The position numbers were made by a program, and so were the translations under genes. Positions 16,975 to 25,870 of a DNA stretch of 25,870 bases are shown here, one piece after another; position 1 is the stretch's first letter; the number at the start of each line of letters is the position of its first letter. The stretch is taken from IMG/VR virus record IMGVR_UViG_3300025070_002727, positions 1-25,870 of that record; one strand, 5' to 3'. The stretch comes from a virus. Taxonomy: Duplodnaviria; Caudoviricetes. The notes under the pieces were generated by a model. The model did no database searches and was not told where the DNA came from. It saw only the letters and a program-made list of their open reading frames with translations.

Positions 16975-18048
16975 CTAAGCCAAGTTGTACTTAGCTGTGA
17001 CCAGTGCTTCTGGTCTTAGAATTTTTCTACCGTAAAGGTGCATACCACGAACAATATCGGCAAATGAATCTGGATCACGATATGTTTCAGTCTTGTTGAT
17101 CTGCTCTGCAGTAGCAACGGCTGAATCATGACCAGCTACGATTACACCGTAGTCAGTGTTCTGGTTGTCTGTACCTGTTGTAGCAGCACCAGTACCAACT
17201 GATGGTAGGTTTGAAGAAGAGTAAACTCTGAAACCATTCCAGTTGTTGATTACTAGGCCGTTACGTAGACCGCCTGAAGCACCCCAATCAGATTGTAGGA
17301 AACGTGAATCTTCGTCCATCAAGATTTCCATCATGACAGGGTCAATTACGATCCAACGACCATCTTTGTCAACTTGTTGTTGATCAAGTAGACGACCCAT
17401 ACGAGCCACCATCATTGTTGGTGAAACGTATTCTGTTGGTAGTGCAGTTGCACCTGGCAAACGTGCTGCAACAGGGATCGAATGGTCACCAGCAGAAGCT
17501 GTTGTGATGTTACCAAAGTCACCTTTGTTTAGCTTGTTTGCTGCAAGTAGTTCGTCATCACCTGCTGTTGAGTCTGCTTTAGTACCGTTAACAGTATCGT
17601 TAACTGTGTCAGCATTCCCATGTAGGGCAGACTGTTTGTAACCTGCTAGGTAACCTAGAACTTCTTGGTCATGCTGGTCAGCAAGACGGTAAGCTGCTCT
17701 GTTGGTAGCAAGGTTCATGAAATCGATGTGGCTATGAGCCTCTTCGATATCGTCCATCTTGAAGGCAAAATAGTTAGCTTTATCAACGACTAACGAGAAA
17801 TCGTCATCACTAAGATCTTGCGCTGCGATGGTTGTGCCACGAGTGTATGCAGAAACTGAGATCTCAGGTTCTTTCATAATTTTCACTGTGTCACCTTGAT
17901 TTGCGATCTCTCCGAAATATTCAGAGTTCGTAATGTCACCTACAACTGTGCTCTTCCTGAATGCAAGCTGCACCTTTTTGGAATAGATGATTGGGGAAAA
18001 GTTCCCATTTGGCAGGTTGGTATAACCTGATGCGGATGCAAAAGCCAT
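16975..18048 (-). CDS. Major capsid protein (357 aa)
   Basis: NFSPIIYSKKV, GEIANQGDTVKI, LVVDKANYFAFKMDDIE and ETYRDPDSFADIVRGMHLYGRKILRPE motifs. Start moved to the ATG at 18048, which has GGAGG 9 nt upstream. Confidence 0.92.
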   Translation of the reverse strand: MAFASASGYTNLPNGNFSPIIYSKKVQLAFRKSTVVGDITNSEYFGEIANQGDTVKIMKEPEISVSAYTRGTTIAAQDLSDDDFSLVVDKANYFAFKMDDIEEAHSHIDFMNLATNRAAYRLADQHDQEVLGYLAGYKQSALHGNADTVNDTVNGTKADSTAGDDELLAANKLNKGDFGNITTASAGDHSIPVAARLPGATALPTEYVSPTMMVARMGRLLDQQQVDKDGRWIVIDPVMMEILMDEDSRFLQSDWGASGGLRNGLVINNWNGFRVYSSSNLPSVGTGAATTGTDNQNTDYGVIVAGHDSAVATAEQINKTETYRDPDSFADIVRGMHLYGRKILRPEALVTAKYNLA

Positions 18049-18096
18049 GATTAAATCCTCCATGATATTTGGCTTTAAGAGAAAGCTAAACACCTG

Positions 18097-18250
18097 AAAG
18101 AGGCTGTTACTTTTCTAGGGTGCAGTAGGTATCAACTTGCGCTCATTGATACCACTGGGCCTATACTTGAACAGGTGGTTCTTTGTAGTTTAGACTTTTA
18201 TGAAAAAGTATCTATAGAGGTAGTCCCTGAGGAGGCTCTATACTAGATAC
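18097..18250 (-). ncRNA. Structured cis-regulatory leader RNA upstream of the capsid gene
   Basis: Nested stems AAAGA/TCTTT, CTGTT/AACAG, TAGG/CCTA, CAGT/ACTG and GGTATCAA/TTGATACC (18097-18184), plus the hairpin GTATCT..ATAGAG/CTCTATAGATAC (18208-18250) followed by T5. Confidence 0.55.
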
Positions 18251-18255
18251 GTGTA

Positions 18256-18283
18256 GTTATATTGATCACTTCTTAAGTGTCAA
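18256..18283 (-). promoter_or_regulatory. Sigma70-type promoter upstream of the capsid leader
   Basis: Minus strand TTGACA (18283-18278), 16 nt, TATAAC (18261-18256), just after the scaffold stop codon. Confidence 0.55.
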
Positions 18284-18287
18284 TAGT

Positions 18288-19244
18288 TTATCTGGCTGCG
18301 CCAGACATGTCATAGACAAATTTACCAGAAGCCATAGCTTCTTGGATTTCATCTTGACGAGCCTCAAACTCCTTAGCTGACATCTTGGCAACCTCAGATT
18401 CTTTGATCTGACCTGAGACACCTTTAGCATCAATAGAAGTACGAGTACCTTTGGTAACAGATGACGCTGCAGCTTTACGAGTATTTCTCTTAGCTGCTTT
18501 AGTCATTCCATTATCAACCTTATAAAGATCAATCACACGAATAACAGATGCAGGATCATCCATGTTTTCGTATAGAGCATCCCTAACCCACTTAGGCTGT
18601 TCCTCTGCCCAGTTGTGGAATCCTTCTGATTGTCTTAGTTCATCGAAGTCATCATGAGACTTACGAATAACATTCTCTGCTTTCATTCGTAGTGCTTCAT
18701 TATGAGCTTCATCTAATTCTTTTAGACGTTCTTCTGCTTTACTGAACATCTCTCTTGCTTTCTCTGAAGCAATCTTTTCTACAATACCTGCTACGTCTGG
18801 GTACTGTTTTGCCCACTCTTCGATGTCTTCATCAGACTTAGGAGGAACAATACTTTGTTTCTTCTTTCCTTTTTCAAGAGCTTCAAGGCGTCCATTCCAT
18901 TCCTTTTCTTTCTCTTGCATGTGTCTGCGTAGATCACCATAACGTTTCTTGAAAGACTTCTCTTCAGCACTTAGTCCTGCTGTGGCATCGTCTTCCTGTG
19001 CTTCCCCTTCCTGGGATGCTTGTTCTTCTTGTTGGGTATCACCTGTGGCTTGTACCTGGGTGTCCTCAGTACTTTCGCCACTGGGTTCACTTTCTTCAAC
19101 ATACTCTTCACCACGAGCCTCTGCCTCTAGTTTTGCAATCTCTTTCGCTTCTTCTTCCATGCGCTTCTTGCGCTGTTGGTTGTTGAAGCTTCTATCTACA
19201 AACCCTGCTTTCTTAGGGCTTTCCATTGTCATCATTTCAGGCAT
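18288..19244 (-). CDS. Capsid scaffolding protein
   Basis: Immediately upstream of the capsid gene. Acidic, helical/coiled-coil, with FKKRYGDLRRH. AAGGA RBS. Confidence 0.8.
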   Translation of the reverse strand: MPEMMTMESPKKAGFVDRSFNNQQRKKRMEEEAKEIAKLEAEARGEEYVEESEPSGESTEDTQVQATGDTQQEEQASQEGEAQEDDATAGLSAEEKSFKKRYGDLRRHMQEKEKEWNGRLEALEKGKKKQSIVPPKSDEDIEEWAKQYPDVAGIVEKIASEKAREMFSKAEERLKELDEAHNEALRMKAENVIRKSHDDFDELRQSEGFHNWAEEQPKWVRDALYENMDDPASVIRVIDLYKVDNGMTKAAKRNTRKAAASSVTKGTRTSIDAKGVSGQIKESEVAKMSAKEFEARQDEIQEAMASGKFVYDMSGAAR

Positions 19245-19261
19245 AGTATTTTCCTTATGTT

Positions 19262-19289
19262 GGGGCCAGGGTTTATTCCCTGGGTAGCC
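19262..19289 (-). promoter_or_regulatory. Hairpin with a CUAC/CC internal loop upstream of the scaffold RBS
   Basis: GG-CTAC-CCAGGG-aataaa-CCCTGG-CC-CC. No U tract follows. Confidence 0.5.
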
Positions 19290-19295
19290 TTATTG

Positions 19296-22200
19296 TTATT
19301 TTTTGTTAGCCTTTTTTCTTGCCATTAGACCACCTTTGTTCTGTGACACACCTGCTGATTCAAACTGTGCGTCAATGGCATCAAAGATAGCATCGTTTTC
19401 TGCTTCTTCTTCAGTAGTCATGTCTTCACTATCAAAGGTGTATTTATCTCCTTTAGGACCAGTAAAGGTGCTTTCTCCTGTACTTGGGCCAGAATTTGGA
19501 TCTCTAGCTCTTGTACCACCACCTGTAGTAACTGTTGGACCATCGTCATCACCTGTGGCTCCACCACCTTGAAGGATAGCTTCTGTTTCATTTTGTCTTG
19601 CTAGAGTGTAAGTTGATAAGTATGATCTATTATATTTAATGTCATCTTGACTAAAAGTAAATCTGCCAGTTTTAGGATCTCTTGTTGCTCTAAGACCGTA
19701 CTTATCAATAAGTTGCCCTGCTTTTTGGTTTCCTGTAGCAACTATATCGTCAAGAGCTTGCGTTATTAGATTAGATTTACCTGAAAGATCGTCTGCCATT
19801 TTAGCGATTGTTTTTGCGTCATCAGTCTTACCTTGAGCTTGTGCTAGAATAGATAACGCATTTAAGTTTGATATATTAGTAAGTGCGTTTCCAGACTGAG
19901 CTAATCCCATAAATCCCATACCTGCTGGACCAGCCACTGATGCTGCTAATGCAGCACCTGCACCACCACCGAGATTAGTAGCGTTTGCCATCATAGCTTC
20001 AGCAGCAGCTAAAGGACTTGATAAGTCCATATCATCAAATGCAGAGATAAGAGAAGTATCTGAGGTAGGTGTTGTAGGTGGAGGTGTCCCACCACCATCG
20101 TCCCCACCAGTAGGTTGCTGTGTTGCTTGCTGTGCTTTCTTCAGGGCTGCAGTACCAAATTCATAGTAAGGAGGGACAGTGTACTGTTCGTCTGAAGGGT
20201 TCTTTAACTTACCATTAATGTACTCAATAACTTTACTTTGATTTGTGTCAGAATTAACAAAAGTTTTAAATGTTGTAACACTGTCCTGCTGTGATGTCTG
20301 GTTAAATGTTGAACCACCTACTGTCGCCCAGTCTGCAGGATTAAATCCTCCAGCACCTAGCATTTGTGATTGCTGAGTGTACTCCTTAGGCATTGTAAGA
20401 ACGCCTTGGTTAGCTTGTACAGGCATAGGAGCAGGAGCACCAGCCTGTGGAGCACCACTCATGTTCTGTTGGATCTGCTGGGGACTAAGAGGCTCACCAC
20501 CAATTCTACCATTTTGTTCCATAGAACTCAAGCCTGTCTTGGCTTTATTACGTAGATCTTCAAAGAAGTTGACCCCATAATATCTAAGAACATCAGCAGG
20601 AACTACGTACTCACCTTCAGATAACATTGCAGGAATATCATCTCTTACTTCACTTGCAAGAGATCCAGGAGGGATGTCATTACCAGAGACAGGATCTTTC
20701 TTCATGCCATCATCTGCAATACCACCATACTCAAACAACGACATCTGTTTCTGCATATTCATGGCTGTACCACCCTCATTAAACATTCTTATTTTACCAT
20801 CTTGTGTTCTTACACCCATCTCTTTCATCTGTGAAACAGTTGGTTTCTTCACATTCTTTGCAAGGACAAGTGGTCCTACTTGTATAATTTCATCAGCTTC
20901 AAATACAGGTTTACCTGTTTTCTTGTCATAGAACCCACTACCACGATATGGATTCATACCTACCTGTGTCCACTCATCTGATCCTGAAGCAATAATTTCT
21001 GCTGCTTGACGTTGTAGATCATAAGGGTCTTCAGATGTGTACTCTCCAAAGATACGAGCAATAGTAGCTTTGTTCTGCTTGGCAGGTCCACCTGTCTTTT
21101 TGTCTATAGCATCTTGTAATGTCTTTCGATCAGTACGTGTACCCCTAGCAATATCTAACGCTGTGTCTGCGTCAGAACCAAACCTAATGTTCTTAAGTCT
21201 GATTGCTTGACCGTATCCTACAACAGAACCAGACTTTTGATTTCCATCATGTATAGATACAACCCACTTATCATAATCATCATAGGCAGGAATATCTAGT
21301 CGAGATGAAACAACCTGACCTTCTGCTAAATCTGCACCCTCAACACCTAGGATAGGATACCTTGTACCCTTCTTACCTAATGCCCCTTGTACTTCTGTAA
21401 GGGTAGGAAGAAGATTCATAACTTCCTCTGCTGTGTATTCTTTTGGTTCAGGGAATGCTTCTTGTATACGCTTCCTTGCTTCTTTAGAAGTAATCTTACC
21501 TTCTATAAGAGACTGTGCTGCTGCCTGTGCGTCAGGTAAATTCTTTTGTCTCTGGGTCTCAGGTAGTTTTTTATCTTTACGCCATTGCTCTAGTGCATCA
21601 GGATCATTACGTAGACGTGCAGCTTCTACTGCATCCGCTTCTCTATTGACTCTACCACGAGGCATATCTTTCCAACGAACTATATTACCATCAGGACCAA
21701 CAACCTCAAGATCATCACCTGTCATTTTAGGTGATATTCTTTTTGTTTCTATAGTGAAACCTTTTTCACGAAGTTTACTACGTAGTTCTGGGTTGGTAAG
21801 ATTTCCTTTACCCCACTCACTAATAATTTCGTCTGCTTCTAAAAGTTCTGCGTCAGTGTATGTTGGTGTGCTCTTACGTGATACCTTAGGGATACTACTT
21901 GCTACATCCATAACTTCATCTGTTTGACGAGCCATGTCAGCACCTTTACGTATCATGTTCTTAGCTGCAGTACCAAGACCAGGAATCAAACCGATAGCCT
22001 CTGTTCCTACAAGCATACCTATCTTTACGTAGTTAGGTTCTTCTTTCTTAAGTTCATCTTCAATATCTGCAACAGTGAAAGCTGTACCTACACCAGGAAG
22101 ACTTTCTAAAGCAAACTGACCTACAGCCTTAGCTGACTCTAAAGTTTCATCAGGGTCAACAAGATCTACTCCATACGCTTCTGCTATAGCCTCTGGGTTA

Positions 22201-22526
22201 CCTACATTATCCTCATAAAACTTTCTTGTTTGGTCAGCCATGCCACCCTCATTAAACTTTAAAGAATCACTACGTTTACGAGCAGCCTCAGTTGCTTCTT
22301 TTAAACTGTTGTGAACACTGGTGGGTTTTATTATATCTGCTTCCAACATAAGAATAAGCGTTTCTTCATCATAAGATTTACCATCAAATATTGTAGGAAC
22401 ATTAACCCACTTACCTTTATATTTAAATGTTGTAGACTTTTCAGATACTAACTCCCCTTCAGGTGTTTTGTATACATCACGACCTGCCTGTGTTTTCTTT
22501 CCAGTCTTTTTACCAACATCAGCCAT
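19296..22526 (-). CDS. Large modular putative internal/ejection protein (1076 aa)
   Basis: Between portal and scaffold. Contains DDIPAMLSEGEYVVPADV, resembling the motif in tape-measure C-terminal domains, and repeated FxxGG motifs. No Cys seen. Confidence 0.65.
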   Translation of the reverse strand: MADVGKKTGKKTQAGRDVYKTPEGELVSEKSTTFKYKGKWVNVPTIFDGKSYDEETLILMLEADIIKPTSVHNSLKEATEAARKRSDSLKFNEGGMADQTRKFYEDNVGNPEAIAEAYGVDLVDPDETLESAKAVGQFALESLPGVGTAFTVADIEDELKKEEPNYVKIGMLVGTEAIGLIPGLGTAAKNMIRKGADMARQTDEVMDVASSIPKVSRKSTPTYTDAELLEADEIISEWGKGNLTNPELRSKLREKGFTIETKRISPKMTGDDLEVVGPDGNIVRWKDMPRGRVNREADAVEAARLRNDPDALEQWRKDKKLPETQRQKNLPDAQAAAQSLIEGKITSKEARKRIQEAFPEPKEYTAEEVMNLLPTLTEVQGALGKKGTRYPILGVEGADLAEGQVVSSRLDIPAYDDYDKWVVSIHDGNQKSGSVVGYGQAIRLKNIRFGSDADTALDIARGTRTDRKTLQDAIDKKTGGPAKQNKATIARIFGEYTSEDPYDLQRQAAEIIASGSDEWTQVGMNPYRGSGFYDKKTGKPVFEADEIIQVGPLVLAKNVKKPTVSQMKEMGVRTQDGKIRMFNEGGTAMNMQKQMSLFEYGGIADDGMKKDPVSGNDIPPGSLASEVRDDIPAMLSEGEYVVPADVLRYYGVNFFEDLRNKAKTGLSSMEQNGRIGGEPLSPQQIQQNMSGAPQAGAPAPMPVQANQGVLTMPKEYTQQSQMLGAGGFNPADWATVGGSTFNQTSQQDSVTTFKTFVNSDTNQSKVIEYINGKLKNPSDEQYTVPPYYEFGTAALKKAQQATQQPTGGDDGGGTPPPTTPTSDTSLISAFDDMDLSSPLAAAEAMMANATNLGGGAGAALAASVAGPAGMGFMGLAQSGNALTNISNLNALSILAQAQGKTDDAKTIAKMADDLSGKSNLITQALDDIVATGNQKAGQLIDKYGLRATRDPKTGRFTFSQDDIKYNRSYLSTYTLARQNETEAILQGGGATGDDDGPTVTTGGGTRARDPNSGPSTGESTFTGPKGDKYTFDSEDMTTEEEAENDAIFDAIDAQFESAGVSQNKGGLMARKKANKK
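20770..22257. repeat. 15-bp direct repeat CCACCCTCATTAAAC at 20770-20784 and 22243-22257 (within the FNEGG codons)
   Basis: Identical 15-mer seen at both positions. Confidence 0.8.
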
Positions 22527-22707
22527 TTACTTCGTCCCTAAGTCTTTTTAATCTACGAAGACAGGTCACATGCCCCTGTAACCTGTAGAAATCATCGGGG
22601 CTTGTAGCCTGTTCCATCTGAACATGAACACGTTCAATCTTAGAGTCCATCTCTTCTAGAAATGCAGACCAGATGTCTTTATTATTTACGAGTAGTTTAA
22701 GGCTCAT
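22519..22707 (-). CDS. Small helical hypothetical protein downstream of the portal (62 aa)
   Basis: ATGA overlap with the portal stop and 8-nt overlap with the next gene. YRLQG motif. Confidence 0.7.
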   Translation of the reverse strand: MSLKLLVNNKDIWSAFLEEMDSKIERVHVQMEQATSPDDFYRLQGHVTCLRRLKRLRDEVNG

Positions 22708-24836
22708 CTTTGACCTTGCCCTGTGTTAGCTGAGAATCCTGGTTCACCTGGAGTAGGGGCACTGCCTGTGCCTATCTGACCTCCACCAGAACCTTGTGTG
22801 TCCTGTGCCTGTGCTCCTGCAGGTACTGCACCCTGTGGTGCTGCTCCTGGTGGTGCCTGAGGTGGTGCAGGGGGTGGATTAGCTTCTTGGAACTTCTTGA
22901 GGATCTCAGCTTGTATTGCTGCATCTTTCATGTCGTTTGCTACTTTATCAGGATCAAGATCCATTGAGTTAGCAATCTCTCTAATAATATAATCCATTTT
23001 AGCAAATGGTGCAAGTGCTGGGTTCTGTACGACACCTAAGAATTGCATTAGACGTTGGCTACGTACTTCGTTAGCCATTAGAGAGTTTGTACCTTCAGCT
23101 TTAACTTCTAGGTCACCCTTAATCTCAGGATCAAAGTCAAACTGCATATTGAACCCAAAGAATGCTTTAGCTAGTGGGCCAAGCAAGTAGTCATCAATGT
23201 TCTTAACTACTGTGCGAATAGAACCATTAGCAGCAGACATAAGCATAGAAATACCAGAGGCAGTCCTACCAACACCGCTGACTCCAGTCTGTCCATGAGC
23301 AAACGAAGGAAAACCAGTACTTTCATCTGATAGCTGCCTTGCCTTATCGAACATCTGCATGTTCTCATTTGATACGTTGGGGAACTTGGTGCCAAAGATG
23401 GCCTGTCCAGGTGCTCCCCCCATTCTCCTCAGGACTTTGCCTGGGTAGATAGAAAGGTCTTGCCCAGGGGCTAGGTTTGTTTCATCTACTTCAATAAGCA
23501 AGTTACCTGAAAGTGCAGCATTATCTACACTCATACGCATAAACCCATTCATTAGGGTCTGTGTATCATCCATATTTTCCGCTATACCTACCCCAAAGAA
23601 TGAGTAAGGATTTACTTCGTATGGGACAGCATAGTACGGAAGGATAGCAGGAGTGAATGGGTTCATTACAAGACGTAGAACTTGACCATTACAGATCCAG
23701 ATATTTACTGAAACTTGATCTTGGTCTTTTAATTCTTTTGGAATGTCTACGTCATGATCCTCTAGGATCTCAGTATCTACATAACCCCAGAACTCAAGGA
23801 CGTTAAATCTTTCTGATTTAGTCTCTTGGTCTGCGTCCTCCATAACCTGTTCCCACCACTCTTTGCTGTAGGACTCACCCATCTCAATAGCAATATCAAT
23901 GGCGTTAGATCTGAAGAAAGGTCTGTTCTTTAATCCTCTCATTTGAGAACGAGACATCTTATGTCTTTCTAGAACGTACTCTGCTTCATCCATATTGTTA
24001 GCGTCTGGGTCAGGGTAGAAGTTCCAGATGCTTACAGATGAAGTCTGTGGAATAGTTTTGTACATAGGGGAGTAGTTCCCCTCATCATCCCAACTAGGAT
24101 ACTCTTTATCTAGAGCGAATGGCCCCTTCATAATACCTGTACCAAAGAGAGCAGTCTCAAAAGCTGTATTACGTAGTTGCTTACTTGCGTTAGATTCTTC
24201 TAGCTGATCATGTATTTTCTTTTCCATCTTCTTAGCTGCTACCATAGCAGGATGGAAAGTAGGTTGTGTTGGTGTAGTACCTGGACCTTCTTTAAGGTCA
24301 TCCATCACAGGTTCTAGTTTAGCTTTAAGACCACCTAGACGTTCACGTAAATCAATAATTGTTTCACCAGGTCTTAGCTTTGTGTCCTCTGGTGACATCT
24401 CAGGTGCTTGCCCTGCTGCTTGTTTTAGCTGTGGGTTAGCTTCAAAGTGTACAGCCTCTGCAACCCCATCAGGAAGTCTGGTAGGATTGATACTGATAGG
24501 AAACTTGTGAGAACCAAACAGAACATCTACGATCTGACCATAAGCAGCAAGTACTTTAGTCTTAGTGACTTTAACAAAGACACGAGACTTCTCTGTTGTA
24601 GTGAATTGAACGTCAGGACCATAGATACCTCTATAGTTCTGGTAAGCCTTAATCCACCTTTGTTCGTCAGAGTATCTAGCCTTTTCTGCTCTATTATAAC
24701 GTTCTTCAACAAAAGAAACAACTCTGCCTACAGTAGGGTCAGTAAACACTTCAGAGTCTTCTACGTCCTCTGCGTAAGATGAAGTTGCTTCATCAATGGA
24801 CAATTCGTCTGATTCAAAAATGTCATCTTCTTCCAT
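22704..24836 (-). CDS. Portal (head-tail connector) protein
   Basis: Follows the terminase. ALFGTGIMKGP, SIWNFYPDP, PYSFFGVGIAE and RTASGISML motifs, with a Pro/Gln-rich tail. AAGGA RBS. Confidence 0.9.
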   Translation of the reverse strand: MEEDDIFESDELSIDEATSSYAEDVEDSEVFTDPTVGRVVSFVEERYNRAEKARYSDEQRWIKAYQNYRGIYGPDVQFTTTEKSRVFVKVTKTKVLAAYGQIVDVLFGSHKFPISINPTRLPDGVAEAVHFEANPQLKQAAGQAPEMSPEDTKLRPGETIIDLRERLGGLKAKLEPVMDDLKEGPGTTPTQPTFHPAMVAAKKMEKKIHDQLEESNASKQLRNTAFETALFGTGIMKGPFALDKEYPSWDDEGNYSPMYKTIPQTSSVSIWNFYPDPDANNMDEAEYVLERHKMSRSQMRGLKNRPFFRSNAIDIAIEMGESYSKEWWEQVMEDADQETKSERFNVLEFWGYVDTEILEDHDVDIPKELKDQDQVSVNIWICNGQVLRLVMNPFTPAILPYYAVPYEVNPYSFFGVGIAENMDDTQTLMNGFMRMSVDNAALSGNLLIEVDETNLAPGQDLSIYPGKVLRRMGGAPGQAIFGTKFPNVSNENMQMFDKARQLSDESTGFPSFAHGQTGVSGVGRTASGISMLMSAANGSIRTVVKNIDDYLLGPLAKAFFGFNMQFDFDPEIKGDLEVKAEGTNSLMANEVRSQRLMQFLGVVQNPALAPFAKMDYIIREIANSMDLDPDKVANDMKDAAIQAEILKKFQEANPPPAPPQAPPGAAPQGAVPAGAQAQDTQGSGGGQIGTGSAPTPGEPGFSANTGQGQR

Positions 24837-24845
24837 AGGTATTCC

Positions 24846-25870
24846 TTAATATCCAAAAGTAGGATCTGAAGCTTGAAAGCCAGTTCTTTGAGAAGCAGGA
24901 TCAAAGTCGAACACACTGCTTCTTGGTCTAGTCATAACGCCATATCTGAGGGCATCGTATAGGTGATCTTCAGAGTTTGTATCTACGTCCTCAGGATTTC
25001 TTTTATCTAGAGGAATAGAGGGAAGCTGAGATATAAGACTAGTGCAATTAGAAAATATAACAAGCCTTGGTTCCTCTGTAAACTCATCTACCTGTAAACG
25101 TCTGTGTATTTCGTTCTTACCTGCTACACGAGATCCTTTTGATCTGTCTGCAGGTCTCCATCTACAGCCTTTAACAATCATCTGTTCAGCAAGGCTAGGG
25201 CCAGTATCGCCACGATTATGCCAAAGAGAAGAGTCAAGAACTCCATACCTGATCTTCTCCTCTTGTTCAATGTCCAGGATCATGTCAGCCAAATCAGTAG
25301 CAATTACCTTAGATACATATAGCTCTCTGTACACTATTAGCTGTTCAGATCCTGGAGCAACTGCAAACCAGACTACACCAGTATAAGACCCATACCCATA
25401 GTCACAAGCTCTGAAACGTACCCAGTTGCTTGGAATATCGAATGGTTCAATAACGTGTATGCGTCTGCTAAACTCTGGGAAAGCTGCTCCTTCGTTAATG
25501 TCCCAGTCACCTTCAAGCAACTGTCTTCGCTGATGTTCAGGCAGAGATAGAAGGTTGGCTTCATACATTCCATCCTCAGATAGATAAGGGTTGTCAAAGA
25601 GAGTAGCAGGAATAAACTTACGTTTAAATAGAGGCTCACCCTCTCGACTGTGACCCTTAGGCCAGCAGATGGTTTCACCATTTTCGTCTGTAGCCCAGAA
25701 TGGTTTGTCTGGAATACTAGGATCAATAAAGTGTTTCTTTACCCACTGATGCCCTGGACCACCTGGGTTGGATGTTGCTCTCATAAAGAGAGGTAACCCT
25801 GAAGCTTTTGTGGAACGTAGACGTGACCTCATGTAGTTCCAGGCATATGGGGTAGGCCACTGTGTGAGTT
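24846..25870 (-). CDS. terL: Terminase large subunit (N-terminus outside the window)
   Basis: The frame stays open to the edge (...LTQWPTPYAWNYM, just after Walker B). ATSNPGG coupling motif, DNPYL, LLEGDW, and nuclease motifs ACDYG and EDHLYDALRY. Confidence 0.95.
   Translation of the reverse strand, partial: LTQWPTPYAWNYMRSRLRSTKASGLPLFMRATSNPGGPGHQWVKKHFIDPSIPDKPFWATDENGETICWPKGHSREGEPLFKRKFIPATLFDNPYLSEDGMYEANLLSLPEHQRRQLLEGDWDINEGAAFPEFSRRIHVIEPFDIPSNWVRFRACDYGYGSYTGVVWFAVAPGSEQLIVYRELYVSKVIATDLADMILDIEQEEKIRYGVLDSSLWHNRGDTGPSLAEQMIVKGCRWRPADRSKGSRVAGKNEIHRRLQVDEFTEEPRLVIFSNCTSLISQLPSIPLDKRNPEDVDTNSEDHLYDALRYGVMTRPRSSVFDFDPASQRTGFQASDPTFGY

Larger units (their letters stand above)
1..25870 (-). 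mobile_element. Tailed phage (podovirus-type) DNA packaging and virion morphogenesis region, possibly cobavirus/Zobellviridae-like
   Basis: Terminase-portal-scaffold-capsid-adaptor-nozzle-fibre order; no tail tube, sheath or tape-measure gene; no integrase or host housekeeping genes in the window. The family assignment is by recollection only. Confidence 0.9.

Noticed and set aside
18049-18093. Capsid N-terminal extension from the GTG at 18093
   Set aside because: A strong GGAGG precedes the ATG at 18048, and the upstream region belongs to the structured leader.
11145-25726. Plus-strand and nested ORFs over the fibre, nozzle, scaffold, 1076-aa, portal and terminase genes
   Set aside because: They are fully overlapped by well-supported minus-strand genes and show no recognisable motifs.

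Overview
The window is a segment of a tailed-phage (podovirus-type) genome, almost entirely on the minus strand. Read in gene direction (right to left) it encodes: terminase large subunit (partial), portal, a 62-aa protein, a 1076-aa modular putative internal/ejection protein, scaffold, major capsid protein, tail adaptor, tail nozzle, a 1440-aa tail fibre with an S74-type chaperone, and two proteins sharing a fibre-adaptor N-terminus (71 aa and a 706-aa protein with about 9% Cys). A seven-gene sugar-modification cassette follows: GT9-type heptosyltransferase, NodU/CmcH carbamoyltransferase, GmhB (the only plus-strand gene), HldC, HldA, a cupin and HldD. The window ends in a >782-aa putative internal virion protein that is missing from the ORF track. 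Gene order and motifs recall marine Roseobacter-infecting cobavirus-like podoviruses (from memory, not searched). The leading hypothesis is a phage-encoded system for cysteine-directed (S-linked) heptosylation and carbamoylation of tail fibres. Support: the ADP-heptose pathway sits directly behind fibres in which Cys replaces diverse residues of ordinary repeats, the capsid and internal proteins have no Cys, and the GT9 enzyme has Arg where WaaC has its catalytic Asp13. Secondary signals are a repeated CC/C(U)AC internal-loop RNA motif in the scaffold and capsid leaders, and FxxGG-delimited modules in the internal proteins. All counts and alignments were made by eye.
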